Shown here one piece after another: positions 54,390 to 63,847 of a DNA stretch of 64,000 bases (position 1 is its first letter; each line of letters begins with the position of its first letter). The notes under the pieces are model-generated. The model saw only the letters and a list, made by a program, of their open reading frames with translations. It ran no database searches and was not told the DNA's origin. Source of the stretch: Chloroflexota bacterium (lineage in GTDB: Bacteria > Chloroflexota > Dormibacteria > CF-121); contig JAXDLN010000012.1 of assembly GCA_034666565.1 (NCBI GenBank), positions 14,040 through 78,039 on the forward strand, given 5' to 3'. The position numbers and the translations under genes were made by a program.

Positions 54390-54966
54390 CCGCGACGCTC
54401 GTCGCGCCTTCGAGTCCGCCGGGGCCTTCTTGCAGGGTCATTTCGTCTACACCAGCGGCCGCCACGGGGCCGACTACCTCGAGAAGTTCCGAATTCTCGA
54501 AGACCCCCGAGCGACGACCGAGCTGGCCGCCATGATCGCGGAACGATTCCGGCCCCTGAAGCCTGAACTGGTCGCCGGCCCAACCACGGGCGGCATCATC
54601 CTGGCCTATGAGGTTGCGCGGCAGCTGGGCGCCGACGCGGTCTATGTCGAGCGCGGCGAGACGGGCGGTCGAGTCCTGCGCCGTGGTTTCGAGATCTACC
54701 CCGATACCCGAGTCCTGGTGGTCGACGACGTGGTGACCACCGGCGGATCACTCGTCGAAACGCAGGCCTGCATCGCAAACACGGGCGGTGTCGTCATCGG
54801 CATTGGGGTGCTCGCCGATCGAACCGCGGGCCGGGTCACAGCAGAGGTGCCCTTCTACGCCTGCCTCACGGTCGACTTCCCCTCATACCCGCCGGAATCG
54901 TGCCCTCTCTGCGCGAATGGGGTTCCCGTTTCCCCACCCCGCGGCAGTAAGAAGGTCCTCGCCTAG
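54382..54966 (+). CDS. pyrE: Orotate phosphoribosyltransferase
   Basis: GHF..TSGRH...Y, VVDDVVTTGGS, C-terminal CPLC. Confidence 0.93.
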   Translation: MSDRDARRAFESAGAFLQGHFVYTSGRHGADYLEKFRILEDPRATTELAAMIAERFRPLKPELVAGPTTGGIILAYEVARQLGADAVYVERGETGGRVLRRGFEIYPDTRVLVVDDVVTTGGSLVETQACIANTGGVVIGIGVLADRTAGRVTAEVPFYACLTVDFPSYPPESCPLCANGVPVSPPRGSKKVLA

Positions 54967-55620
54967 TTACTGGATCCAGGACGGGGCGGCGGCAGGCGTG
55001 CCGTGCAGCTGCTCTCGCATCTCGCGGCGGTGGTTTCGCCGCGTCGCAGCCGGATCGCCAGGCCGGGTTGGGACTGCAGCTGCCTGCGGGCGTGCGGACC
55101 CCTGCTGAGCTTGTTCGTCGGCCGCGCTGCCGCGCGCGGCTCGCAGGACATGACGCAGTCGAACGGTCCACGCCACCTTTCCGAAGTCCCACTGGCCGAG
55201 GGTGGGTTCGCGGTCCGGCTGACGGTCGATTCTGGCGGTGAGGCTCTGCTCGTGATCGACGTCAGCGAGCTGAAGCGCAGCCGCTGATCCGTTCACCGGC
55301 GCGATCAGCGCAACAGCTGAGGCCGCTGTGTCGCGCAGGATCCGCATGATGGCTTGGGTCGGCACGAGGTTATCGAGTGCGGCATCGGGATCGAGTAAGA
55401 GCTGGACCGCGGGCTCGTGCGCCGAGCGTGCCATCGCCAGATGATCAAGGTCCCAGGTCGATTCTTTTCCGCTAGGCCCGATCACGAGCACGATGGTCGC
55501 GAGTCGGTCCGATGATTGGAGGGTTTTCACGCGCTCACGTGTGATGCCGTCAGCGAGTTCTTGCAGTCGATCGAGCTGCGAGCGCTGCGTAAGGCAGCCA
55601 ATATCCTCAATATGTTGCAT
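54967..55620 (-). CDS. Hypothetical protein (atypical codon usage)
   Basis: 217-aa ORF filling the gap, AAGGGCAGG upstream; no recognisable motif. Confidence 0.5.
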   Translation of the reverse strand: MQHIEDIGCLTQRSQLDRLQELADGITRERVKTLQSSDRLATIVLVIGPSGKESTWDLDHLAMARSAHEPAVQLLLDPDAALDNLVPTQAIMRILRDTAASAVALIAPVNGSAAALQLADVDHEQSLTARIDRQPDREPTLGQWDFGKVAWTVRLRHVLRAARGSAADEQAQQGSARPQAAAVPTRPGDPAATRRNHRREMREQLHGTPAAAPSWIQ

Positions 55621-55847
55621 GTTGTGCCTGCCCTTCTGAAACTCGACGCTACGGTCACGCAGCGTTGAAATGGATTCTATCAGCGTCCGGTCGCGATGGA
55701 AAGATTTTTCTTGGGCTTTAGGTGATCAGGGCTCAGCGCTCCGGTCGTGGCCCATTAAACGCGGTAAGGGCTTGATAAGTTATGCACAACCTATAGTTCG
55801 GGTTCTTTCGTATCGATCCTCGAGCCGCCTGCGTTGTGTGGGCGACG

Positions 55848-56636
55848 ATGAACATCAGCAGGCTGGCGGTCCTCGTGGGCGGAATTACATTCGGCGCGGT
55901 AGCGGGCGCTGCCTTTCAGTTCAGCTCGGTCAGCGCCGCGGTTCCAACCGCTAGCCGCGCACTGGCTGCCGCTTCGGCCCCGGCCGCGCTGCCGGCACCG
56001 ACCCCTTCCCCGAGCCTGTCGTGTCCACGCAGGACCCTCGCCATCGCCTTCACGACCAATGTGACCGACCCCTCGGTCCTCCGTCTTCGTCTCCCGTGGG
56101 GACGGCCCGGCGATCCCGAGGGTCAGATGGTCGAGGACTACGGCGGCTACAACGGCACGACGATTCGGAAGCATCTGCCCGTGCACGACGTGACGACCGG
56201 ATCGCTGGTCGAGCTATACGGCCACAACGCGATCGACATCGTGCTCGACAGCGGGACCCCCCTCTACGCGGTGACATCGGGGACGGCCTATCAAATCACC
56301 AACTGGACCATCCCCGGCTTCCCACAGGGATGGGCTGCGGTTGTCGTGTCTGATGTACTCAAGGACGACCAGGGCGACCCGATCGCCTTCCTCTACGGCC
56401 ACGTCCGCGAGTTCGATGTCCCGAATGGGCAGCATGTCGCGGCTGGTAGCCTTCTTGCCAAGTCCGGTGGCGATCCTGACGATCCGGGCGCCGGCTTCAG
56501 CGACATGGCGAATGTGCACTTCGAGGTGATCGAGTCGCCGCATCCACTTCTGGCCCACGCGGGGACCGTAAACCCGCACCAGTTTCTGGAAAACCTCTAC
56601 GTCTACGCGGCGACGAACCCTTCAACCTGCATGTAA
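55848..56636 (+). CDS. Secreted M23-like protein with degenerate HxH motif
   Basis: Signal peptide, HNAIDI...GTPLYA...G, YGH, V..GQHV.AG, NVHFEV. Confidence 0.7.
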   Translation: MNISRLAVLVGGITFGAVAGAAFQFSSVSAAVPTASRALAAASAPAALPAPTPSPSLSCPRRTLAIAFTTNVTDPSVLRLRLPWGRPGDPEGQMVEDYGGYNGTTIRKHLPVHDVTTGSLVELYGHNAIDIVLDSGTPLYAVTSGTAYQITNWTIPGFPQGWAAVVVSDVLKDDQGDPIAFLYGHVREFDVPNGQHVAAGSLLAKSGGDPDDPGAGFSDMANVHFEVIESPHPLLAHAGTVNPHQFLENLYVYAATNPSTCM

Positions 56637-56675
56637 CCAGATCATCGGCGGCGGCGTTCTCTCGGCGTGCCGGGT

Positions 56676-57278
56676 ATGCGTCGGCTAACAAAGCTCCTGG
56701 TCTATGGCCTCGGCGGTGTGGCCCTTGTGCTCGTAGGTGTGGCCGCGCTCGTCACGTCGTCGGTGGACAGCGCCGTTCGTGGGCGCATCTATGCAAGCCC
56801 GGCGGCTGCACCGTCCGCGCCGCTTGCTCTGGTGCTTGGCGCCGAAGTCTATGCGAACGGATATCCGAGCCCGGCACTCATCAACCGCCTGGACACCGCG
56901 ATCAAGCTCTATCGGGCGGGCAAGGTGCACGGCCTTCTGATGAGTGGCGGGCATGGAACCGTAGAGACCTCCGCGATGCGACGGTATGCACTGCTGGCGG
57001 GGGTACCGGACGGCGCGATCCAGCTGGACGACGGCGGATTGCGGACGCTCAACAGTTGCCAGCGTGCCCGCGAGGTTTTTCGTGCCACGCACGTGACGGT
57101 CATAAGCCAGGCGGAACATCTTACGCGGGCGGTTTACACCTGCGACAAGCTAGGACTGGATGCGATCGGTGTCGTCGCGCCCGACTTTCCTGGTCCTGCG
57201 TTGTGGACCTATCGGCTCCGGGAGCGGGCCGCAGTTCTCCTCGCCTGGTGGGAGCTCAATGGCCCCGTTCAAAATTAG
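56676..57278 (+). CDS. SanA/YdcF (DUF218) family protein
   Basis: ALVLGA...PS..L.NRLD.A..LY..GKV..LLMSG...E...M, D.GGLRT..S..RA, SQ..HL.RA. Confidence 0.85.
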   Translation: MRRLTKLLVYGLGGVALVLVGVAALVTSSVDSAVRGRIYASPAAAPSAPLALVLGAEVYANGYPSPALINRLDTAIKLYRAGKVHGLLMSGGHGTVETSAMRRYALLAGVPDGAIQLDDGGLRTLNSCQRAREVFRATHVTVISQAEHLTRAVYTCDKLGLDAIGVVAPDFPGPALWTYRLRERAAVLLAWWELNGPVQN

Positions 57279-57302
57279 AGCGGAGAGGATCGAACGCTCG
57301 AC
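57273..57302 (-). repeat. Duplicated 3' fragment of tRNA-Lys (att-like direct repeat)
   Basis: AATTAGAGCGGAGAGGATCGAACGCTCGAC versus the tRNA copy AATTAGGGGCGGAGAGGATCGAACTCTCGAC (57887-57917). Confidence 0.85.
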
Positions 57303-57305
57303 GGC

Positions 57306-57860
57306 CTAGCCGCCGAAGTCGACATCCTTGGTCGCCACCGTCCCGGCCGTCCGCCCCGGCGCCGTCTGGTAGGTCCAGTACAGATTCGTGTGCGCTATGA
57401 CCTGGTCCGGCGGCGGCGCCCCCCACTCCGTCTGGTCCTCCGTCGTATGGGCGTCGCTGACCAGGGTCGCGTCGTACCCCCTGACGAGCGCGCCGTGGAG
57501 CGTTGAGCGGATGCACGCATCGGTCTGTGCGCCGACGACGACGAGTCGCCCGACACCGAGGCCCGACAGGACGGTCTCAAGGGTGGTCTCCTCGAAGGAG
57601 TCGCCGTAGTTCTTCTCGACGAGCGGCTCGGCGTCGGCCGGAGTCAGCTCGGGGACGATCCTCCAGTCGTCGCTCCCCCTCGCCAGTCCCTTGTCGGAGT
57701 GCTGGACCCAGACCACGGAGACCCGTTCCCGCCGAGCCTTCTCGACAAGGCTGCCGACGTTCGCGACGACCGCGTCGCGCTCGTGGGCTCCCCCGACGAC
57801 TCCGTTCTGCACGTCGACGACGAGGAGTGCGGTGTTCGGCCGGTTCCCGAGTGTGGTCAT
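57306..57860 (-). CDS. Isochorismatase/cysteine hydrolase family protein
   Basis: ALLVVDVQNG, KNYGDSF..T, GAQTDACIRST; AAGGGGAG RBS. Confidence 0.92.
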   Translation of the reverse strand: MTTLGNRPNTALLVVDVQNGVVGGAHERDAVVANVGSLVEKARRERVSVVWVQHSDKGLARGSDDWRIVPELTPADAEPLVEKNYGDSFEETTLETVLSGLGVGRLVVVGAQTDACIRSTLHGALVRGYDATLVSDAHTTEDQTEWGAPPPDQVIAHTNLYWTYQTAPGRTAGTVATKDVDFGG

Positions 57861-57889
57861 GCTCTCCCCTTGGTCACCTTATTTGGAAT

Positions 57890-57961
57890 TAGGGGCGGAG
57901 AGGATCGAACTCTCGACACCCTGCTTAAAAGGCAGGTGCTCTACCACTGAGCTACACCCCC
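57890..57961 (-). tRNA. tRNA-Lys (anticodon UUU), CCA not encoded
   Basis: Reverse complement GGGGGTGTAGCTCAGTGGTAGAGCACCTGCCTTTTAAGCAGGGTGTCGAGAGTTCGATCCTCTCCGCCCCTA folds as a cloverleaf; TATAAT just upstream. Confidence 0.96.
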
Positions 57962-58006
57962 GCCGACGATTATAGGTAGGGGTCTGCGCCCAGCCGGGCC
58001 GTCAGC

Positions 58007-58147
58007 TCAGAGCTTATTGAAGAGATTGAAGACCGGGGAGTACGCCTGCGTCAGCGCCAGCCAGGTTACCCAGGCAATGGCAAGCAGGATCCCGATGATC
58101 AGCAACGCTTCCGCCATTTCAAGCCAGTGGTGGAGATGCCGTGCCAT
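58007..58147 (-). CDS. Small single-TM protein (46 aa)
   Basis: GGAGG RBS, MARHLHHWLEMAEALLIIGILLAIAWVTWLALTQAYSPVFNLFNKL. Confidence 0.55.
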   Translation of the reverse strand: MARHLHHWLEMAEALLIIGILLAIAWVTWLALTQAYSPVFNLFNKL

Positions 58148-58229
58148 GGAAACCAAGCCTCCTGCAATGAGCGTAGGTGGTAACCAGAAGCTCGTCAATA
58201 GGCCATATGGCTGCTAGACTCGACCACCG

Positions 58230-58802
58230 ATGCCGAGCAGCCGGGCGGAGGCCTGGGCGACCCTCAACGAGTTCACCAAGACTCCCCACCTGATCAGGCA
58301 CGGGCTCGGAGTGGAGTCGGCCATGCGCCACTACGCCCCCAAATACGGCGGTGATCCGGAGGTCTGGGGGATCACCGGCTTGCTTCACGATTTCGACTAC
58401 GAGCGGTACCCGGAGGTCGGCGAACACGCCATCAAGGGCGCCGAAATCCTGAAGGAGCGTGGCTGGCCGGAGGAGATCTGGTACGGGGTCCTCTCCCACG
58501 CCGACTACGCCAACGCGCCGCGGACGACGCCGATGCAGAAGGTGCTTTACGCCGTCGACGAGCTGGTCGGCTTCGTGGCCGCGGTGGCCCTGGTGCGGCC
58601 CAGCAAAGCCGTGGCCGACGTGGACGTGCAGTCGGTCAAGAAGAAGTTCAAGGACAAGGCCTTCGCGCGCGGCGTCCACCGTGAGCAGATCTTCACCGGA
58701 GCCGAGCAGCTCGGCGTTGAGCTCGACCCGCACATCCAGATGGTCATCGACGCCATGAAGGGCAACGCCGCCGCCCTCGGGCTGGCCGGAACCGCCGCCT
58801 AA
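58230..58802 (+). CDS. HD (HDIG-like) domain metal-dependent hydrolase
   Basis: H...VE..MR, GLLHDFDYE, H, VDEL.GF..AVALVRP. Confidence 0.9.
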   Translation: MPSSRAEAWATLNEFTKTPHLIRHGLGVESAMRHYAPKYGGDPEVWGITGLLHDFDYERYPEVGEHAIKGAEILKERGWPEEIWYGVLSHADYANAPRTTPMQKVLYAVDELVGFVAAVALVRPSKAVADVDVQSVKKKFKDKAFARGVHREQIFTGAEQLGVELDPHIQMVIDAMKGNAAALGLAGTAA

Positions 58803-59458
58803 GCTGAGCTAAGGCGCCCGTCCCGCATCTGCAGGACGCGGTCGGCGCCCGTCAGCATCGCCGGGTCGTGCGTGACCACGACAACGCTCCCGCCCGCGCG
58901 TTGCCGGTAATCGACCAGTAGATCGATCACCTCGCGGCCGGTCGCCTGGTCGAGCGACGCCGTCGGCTCGTCCGCGAACACAATGGCGGGCCGGTGCACA
59001 AGGGCTCGCGCCACTGCCACCCGCTGGCGCTCGCCGATTGAGAGCTGGTAGGGCCGCTGGCGCAACTTGTCGCCCAGGCCCACGCGGCGGAGCAATTCCT
59101 GGGCATACGCCACCACGTCGTGATTGCGTTTGACCGCACCCACCATTACATTCTCGAGCGCCGTCAGGTAGTTGATCAGGAAGTGCTGCTGGAACACGAA
59201 CCCGTAGCGCTGGCGACGCAGGCGCATCAGCCCAGGCGTCGAAATCTCACGGTAATCCTGGCCGTCGAAGGCGACTGTCCCCCGGGTGGGCCGCTTCAGT
59301 CCGGAGAGTAAGTACATGAGCGAGCTCTTTCCTGAGCCGGAGGGACCGATCAAGCCGACAAAGCTTCCCTGCTCGACCGACAGGGAGACAGTGTCGACCG
59401 CGTGGGCGACGCTGCTGCCGGTTCGGTAGTCGAGCGCGAGGTCCTGGCCGGTCAGCAT
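58799..59458 (-). CDS. ABC transporter ATP-binding protein (LolD/MacB-type)
   Basis: GPSGSGKS, LSIGERQRVA, ADEPT, VTHD. Confidence 0.93.
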   Translation of the reverse strand: MLTGQDLALDYRTGSSVAHAVDTVSLSVEQGSFVGLIGPSGSGKSSLMYLLSGLKRPTRGTVAFDGQDYREISTPGLMRLRRQRYGFVFQQHFLINYLTALENVMVGAVKRNHDVVAYAQELLRRVGLGDKLRQRPYQLSIGERQRVAVARALVHRPAIVFADEPTASLDQATGREVIDLLVDYRQRAGGSVVVVTHDPAMLTGADRVLQMRDGRLSSA

Positions 59459-61206
59459 CAGTCTCTCCGCTCGATGATGGAGATCGGATCGAGGCGGAGC
59501 AGCTGCCAGGCGACCGTGCCCATCCCGAAGGCGAATACCATCAGCGGGATGGGGAGCGTATGTAACGCCAGCACGTTCCAGTCGAAGATGTTCATCAGGA
59601 GGCCGTGCGGCACGATGAACGTCACGTTGAACCAGCTGAGCACGGCGACCCCGAGACCGACACCGATGAGCCAGGCGGCGAGCGTGACGCCGAACGACTC
59701 CAGGGCAACGCGCATGATCAAGCCCCAACGGCTGTAGCCGACCGCGGCCAGCAGCCCGAATTCGTTCATCCGCTGTCGGAAGAAAAGGTTGTTGAGCAGG
59801 CCGACGACCAGCGAGAGCACGATGGTCACCAGCAGGATCAAGAAGGTGTTGATGGCGTCCAGGTTCGCGATCAGGCTGTCGATCTTCGACTTGATGTACG
59901 CCCAGTCGAAGAGCCGGAAGGCGCTGCCGGCGACCAGCTTTTGGAGCTGGTCGTGCACGGCTTGCTCTTGCCCCGCCTGGGGCACGACGACCAGCCCCTG
60001 GTAGCGGCGCTCGAAGAGGTAGTGCTCGGTCATGTAGTCGAGCGGGATGACGCCCAGTCGCGTCGGCCCTTGAATGATGCCGACCACGGTGAAGGTATCG
60101 GGCAGCCGGTCCAGTTCATCGAGGGCATTGCCGAGCTTGCCGCCGACCCATACGTGACGCGAGCGTGCGATTTCCTCGGAGATGGCGATCTCGTTAGCGT
60201 TCGCCGCGGGCAAACGGCCGGCCACCACCCTGTCCCCGTAGAGGGTGAGCAACTGCCCCATCCCCTGAGGGTCGAACCCATAGAGATCGAACTGGGCGTT
60301 GCCGGCGAGGAGATTGATGTCGAGGTTCGAGTAGGCGTCACGCTTGACGAAGGCGGTGCCCGGGATGCGCTGGCTGTCGGACACCAGCTTGTCCAGGCCT
60401 GGCTGCGGCGCCTGGATCGCCCCGAGGCTCGAGGTCAGACGGTCGAGGGCGCCCTTGAACTGATCGATGGTGGCGCTGGGCGACGGTGGGATCGGAATGT
60501 TGGCCACGCTCTGGCCGGACGCATTGAGATTCGCCGTATCCCGACCCATCGCCTGTAACGATTGCTGCAGGCCCGCGGCATCCGATGAGGCATTCGAGAC
60601 GGCGCTCTGCAGCCGTCCCAACTGGGCGCTATCCGGGAGTACCGACTGGAGCCAGGTCTGATGCTGCTGCAGGTAAGTGAGGAGTGGTCGTGGGTCATTG
60701 GGGTTCTGGGCCAGCTGCTGCACGAGCTGATCGAAGGATTTCTGCTCCGCCTGCAGCCGCTGCACCCGGACGATCAGGTCGCCAAGCGGGACCAGATCAC
60801 CCCTGAGCCGCGCGGCATAGTACCGGGCATTCGCCGCGTCGACCTGGACTTGCTGTACCGCCGGCAGCTGCGCCCGGACGCGCGCCGGGATGGCGATCAC
60901 GGCATCGTAATAGGCGGAGAGGCCGCCCGGTCCGTCGAGGGTATCGACTTTGAGCTGGACGTCGCGAAGCTGCGTGAGCGAATCCGCCAGAGGATTGGAT
61001 AGATCCTGTTCGCGGGTCGCCCGGGGGGCGACCAGGATCAGCTTCTGGTAGCTGCCGTAGGTGGCGTACGCCGTCTCACGGGCGGAGGCCAGCAGCGAGT
61101 CGGTGACGACGACGCCCAGGATCGCCAGCGCCAGGATGCCGATGACGGGGAGCACCTTGCGCTTGTTTCGCAGATAGAAGTGCCACAGGGAGAGCGGGTT
61201 TTCCAT
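59458..61206 (-). CDS. ABC transporter permease (FtsX/MacB-like) with long helical insertion
   Basis: N-terminal TM, GRLP..NEI, VVGI, R..EFGLL.AVG, three C-terminal TMs, DPISII. Confidence 0.85.
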   Translation of the reverse strand: MENPLSLWHFYLRNKRKVLPVIGILALAILGVVVTDSLLASARETAYATYGSYQKLILVAPRATREQDLSNPLADSLTQLRDVQLKVDTLDGPGGLSAYYDAVIAIPARVRAQLPAVQQVQVDAANARYYAARLRGDLVPLGDLIVRVQRLQAEQKSFDQLVQQLAQNPNDPRPLLTYLQQHQTWLQSVLPDSAQLGRLQSAVSNASSDAAGLQQSLQAMGRDTANLNASGQSVANIPIPPSPSATIDQFKGALDRLTSSLGAIQAPQPGLDKLVSDSQRIPGTAFVKRDAYSNLDINLLAGNAQFDLYGFDPQGMGQLLTLYGDRVVAGRLPAANANEIAISEEIARSRHVWVGGKLGNALDELDRLPDTFTVVGIIQGPTRLGVIPLDYMTEHYLFERRYQGLVVVPQAGQEQAVHDQLQKLVAGSAFRLFDWAYIKSKIDSLIANLDAINTFLILLVTIVLSLVVGLLNNLFFRQRMNEFGLLAAVGYSRWGLIMRVALESFGVTLAAWLIGVGLGVAVLSWFNVTFIVPHGLLMNIFDWNVLALHTLPIPLMVFAFGMGTVAWQLLRLDPISIIERRD

Positions 61207-61262
61207 GCACGCTCCTCCAATGATAGGTGGCGTCCATGAGGCGACCGTAGAATGAGCTCGCG

Positions 61263-62423
61263 TTGTCTGAGACGGTCGATTTCTATCGCATCGACGATCT
61301 CCTGACGGAGGAAGAGCGCCTCGTTCGGTCGACCGTGAGCCGCTTTGTCGACGACCGCTTCCTTCCGATCGTGGCCGACCATTACGAGCGGGCGTCGTTC
61401 CCGATGGAGATCGTGCCGGAGCTGGCCCGTCTCGGCGTCTTCGGCATGCACCTGCAGGGCTACGGCGCGGCCGGCTTGAGCAACGTGATGTATGGGCTCG
61501 CCTGCCAGGAGCTGGAGCGCGGCGACAGTGGGCTGCGCAGCTTCGTCTCGGTGCAGGGATCGTTGTGCATGTTTCCGATCCATCGCTATGGCTCCGAGGA
61601 GCAGAAGCAGCGATGGCTGCCGTTTATGGCAAGGGGTGAGGTGATCGGGTGCTTCGGCTTGACCGAGCCGGAGTTTGGGTCGAATCCTGGCGGCATGGCA
61701 ACCCGCGCCCGCCGCGACGGCGGTGACTGGGTGATCAGCGGCACCAAGCGCTGGATCACGAACGGCAACGTGGCCCACCTGGCGATCGTGTGGGCGCGGA
61801 CGGAGGAAGGCATTCGCGGCTTCCTGGTGGAGACGAGCACGAAGGGTTTCCAGGCGCGCGAGATCCATCACAAGCTCTCGATGCGCGCCTCGGTGACCTC
61901 GGAGCTGATCCTCGATGACGTGCGCGTCCCGGCGCGCAACGAGCTGCCCGGGGCCCAGGGTCTGAAGGCGCCGCTGTCGTGCCTCAACGAGGCCCGCTAC
62001 GGAATCGTGTGGGGCGTGATCGGCGCCGCCATCGCCTGCTATCGCAGTGCCCTCGACTATGCGAAGGCGCGCGTCCAGTTCGATCGGCCGATCGCCGGCT
62101 ACCAGCTGACGCAGGAGAAATTGGTTGACATGCTGACCGAGATCACGAAGGGCCAGCTGCTGGCGCTCCAGCTCGGGCGTTTGAAGGACCAGGGCAAGGC
62201 GACCGCCACCCAGATCTCGATGGCCAAGCTGAACAACGTGCGCGAGGCGCTGCAGATCGCTCGCGAGGCGCGCACTATCCTCGGCGCCAACGGGATCAGC
62301 CTCGAGTACCCGGTGATGCGCCACATGAACAACCTCGAGACCGTCCTGACGTATGAAGGGACGAGCGAGATCCACATGCTCGCCATCGGCGAGGAGATCA
62401 CGGGCCTCAGCGCTTTCAAGTAG
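61263..62423 (+). CDS. Acyl-CoA dehydrogenase (glutaryl-CoA dehydrogenase-like)
   Basis: ELERGDSGLRS..SVQ, FGLTEP..GS, KRWITNG, TYEGT..IH. Confidence 0.92.
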   Translation: MSETVDFYRIDDLLTEEERLVRSTVSRFVDDRFLPIVADHYERASFPMEIVPELARLGVFGMHLQGYGAAGLSNVMYGLACQELERGDSGLRSFVSVQGSLCMFPIHRYGSEEQKQRWLPFMARGEVIGCFGLTEPEFGSNPGGMATRARRDGGDWVISGTKRWITNGNVAHLAIVWARTEEGIRGFLVETSTKGFQAREIHHKLSMRASVTSELILDDVRVPARNELPGAQGLKAPLSCLNEARYGIVWGVIGAAIACYRSALDYAKARVQFDRPIAGYQLTQEKLVDMLTEITKGQLLALQLGRLKDQGKATATQISMAKLNNVREALQIAREARTILGANGISLEYPVMRHMNNLETVLTYEGTSEIHMLAIGEEITGLSAFK

Positions 62424-62426
62424 GCG

Positions 62427-63086
62427 TCAGGCGCTTTTCTTTTCGATCCCAAACATCGGTAGGCACGGCTCCAATCCATGGATCTGGATGTCGTCGCGAC
62501 GGTTCTTTTCCCAGGCGTCACGGGTGAGGAGCAGCCGGATCTGGCGCACGGGCGTGCCGCGCGGGGCACCGATGTCGTCGCCGTTCTCGACATAGCCGAG
62601 GGTGCGCGAGACCGCTAGCGAGGCGGCATTGTTTTCAAAGGCGCCGCTGGTGGCGCGCTCCGCGCCGAGTCCGGCGAAGGCCAGGTGCAGGATGGCGGCG
62701 CGCATCTCTTTGCCGATGCCGCGGCCCTGGTAACCCTGTCCTATCCATGACCCGGTGCCGACCTGCCGCTTCACAGTGAAGTCGGTCGCGATCATCCCCT
62801 GCACCCCGACCACCACATCGCCCTCCTTGACCATCATCGGGAGGTGCCAGTTGGTCGGCTTCCAGTTGGCGCGCGCTCCCCAGTAGAACTGGAGCGAATG
62901 CTGGGCCCGGATCTCCGGTGGCTCATCCGTCCAGGGCGTGTCGAATGGCATGACGCTCGGATCGTGAATCCCTTGATTGGCGAGCGCGTTCAGCGTGCCG
63001 AGCTCCGCGTCCGTCGCATAACTGAGCGTGAGTCGTGGCGTCTGGATCCGCAGCCCAAACAATGGCCAGTCGCGCTCAAGGGTCAT
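62427..63086 (-). CDS. GNAT acetyltransferase (RimJ/RimL-like)
   Basis: LRIQTPRL.L, QGRGIG, N.ASL.VS..LGY. Confidence 0.88.
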   Translation of the reverse strand: MTLERDWPLFGLRIQTPRLTLSYATDAELGTLNALANQGIHDPSVMPFDTPWTDEPPEIRAQHSLQFYWGARANWKPTNWHLPMMVKEGDVVVGVQGMIATDFTVKRQVGTGSWIGQGYQGRGIGKEMRAAILHLAFAGLGAERATSGAFENNAASLAVSRTLGYVENGDDIGAPRGTPVRQIRLLLTRDAWEKNRRDDIQIHGLEPCLPMFGIEKKSA

Positions 63087-63091
63087 TCGGG

Positions 63092-63847
63092 TTAGGGCCG
63101 GATCGTGCGCGGTTTGTTGGTGTAGATCGCGTTGGCCGGCAGCGCCTTCGACCAGACCAGGGAAACGGCGTCGTCGACGGTCCAGACGCCGATCAGCTTG
63201 CCGGCCGCGTGCAACTCCTGCGCGGTCTCGGGTTCGATCGACGCCCAGTGCGGACAGAAGACGTCGGCCTCCGCGTCGTCCATGACGCGCAGGATGTCGA
63301 CCGGTCGCGAGGCCTCGAGCACGCCGGTCAGGATCTGCGGCTCGAGCTCGGCGATGCGCTTGATCGAACGGTGGTCGAAGGAGATCACGACGACGTCCTG
63401 AACCATGTCCGCCTCTTTGACGGTGGCGACGATCGCATCCTCGATGCCCGGGTACGGCAGCGGAAGGTTCTTGACCTCGATCGCAACGCCCACGCGTCCT
63501 TTCGCCAGCGCCAACACCTCATCGAGCGAGGGAATCCGCTCGTCTTTGAAGCGCGGATCTTTCCAGCTGCCGGCGTCGAAGCGCTTGAGCTCGGCCATCG
63601 TGTGATCGCGGACCAGTCCACTGCCGTTGGTGGTCCGATCGAGCAGGTGATCATGGATCACGGGAAGGCCGCCGTCCTCCGAGCGATGGACGTCGAGCTC
63701 GATCACATCGACACCGAGCTCGATGGCGGATCGAAAAGAGGCCAGGGTGTTCTCCGGACACTCATCGGGGTTTCCTCGGTGACCGCCGAGCAACATGCGG
63801 CCGCTCCGCAGCTTTGCCGCGAGGCCTTCCGCGTGCGCGATGGTCAT
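63092..63847 (-). CDS. Glycerophosphodiester phosphodiesterase
   Basis: GHRG...PENTL.SF, ELDV, HD..LDRTT, EVK, WTVD. Confidence 0.92.
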   Translation of the reverse strand: MTIAHAEGLAAKLRSGRMLLGGHRGNPDECPENTLASFRSAIELGVDVIELDVHRSEDGGLPVIHDHLLDRTTNGSGLVRDHTMAELKRFDAGSWKDPRFKDERIPSLDEVLALAKGRVGVAIEVKNLPLPYPGIEDAIVATVKEADMVQDVVVISFDHRSIKRIAELEPQILTGVLEASRPVDILRVMDDAEADVFCPHWASIEPETAQELHAAGKLIGVWTVDDAVSLVWSKALPANAIYTNKPRTIRP

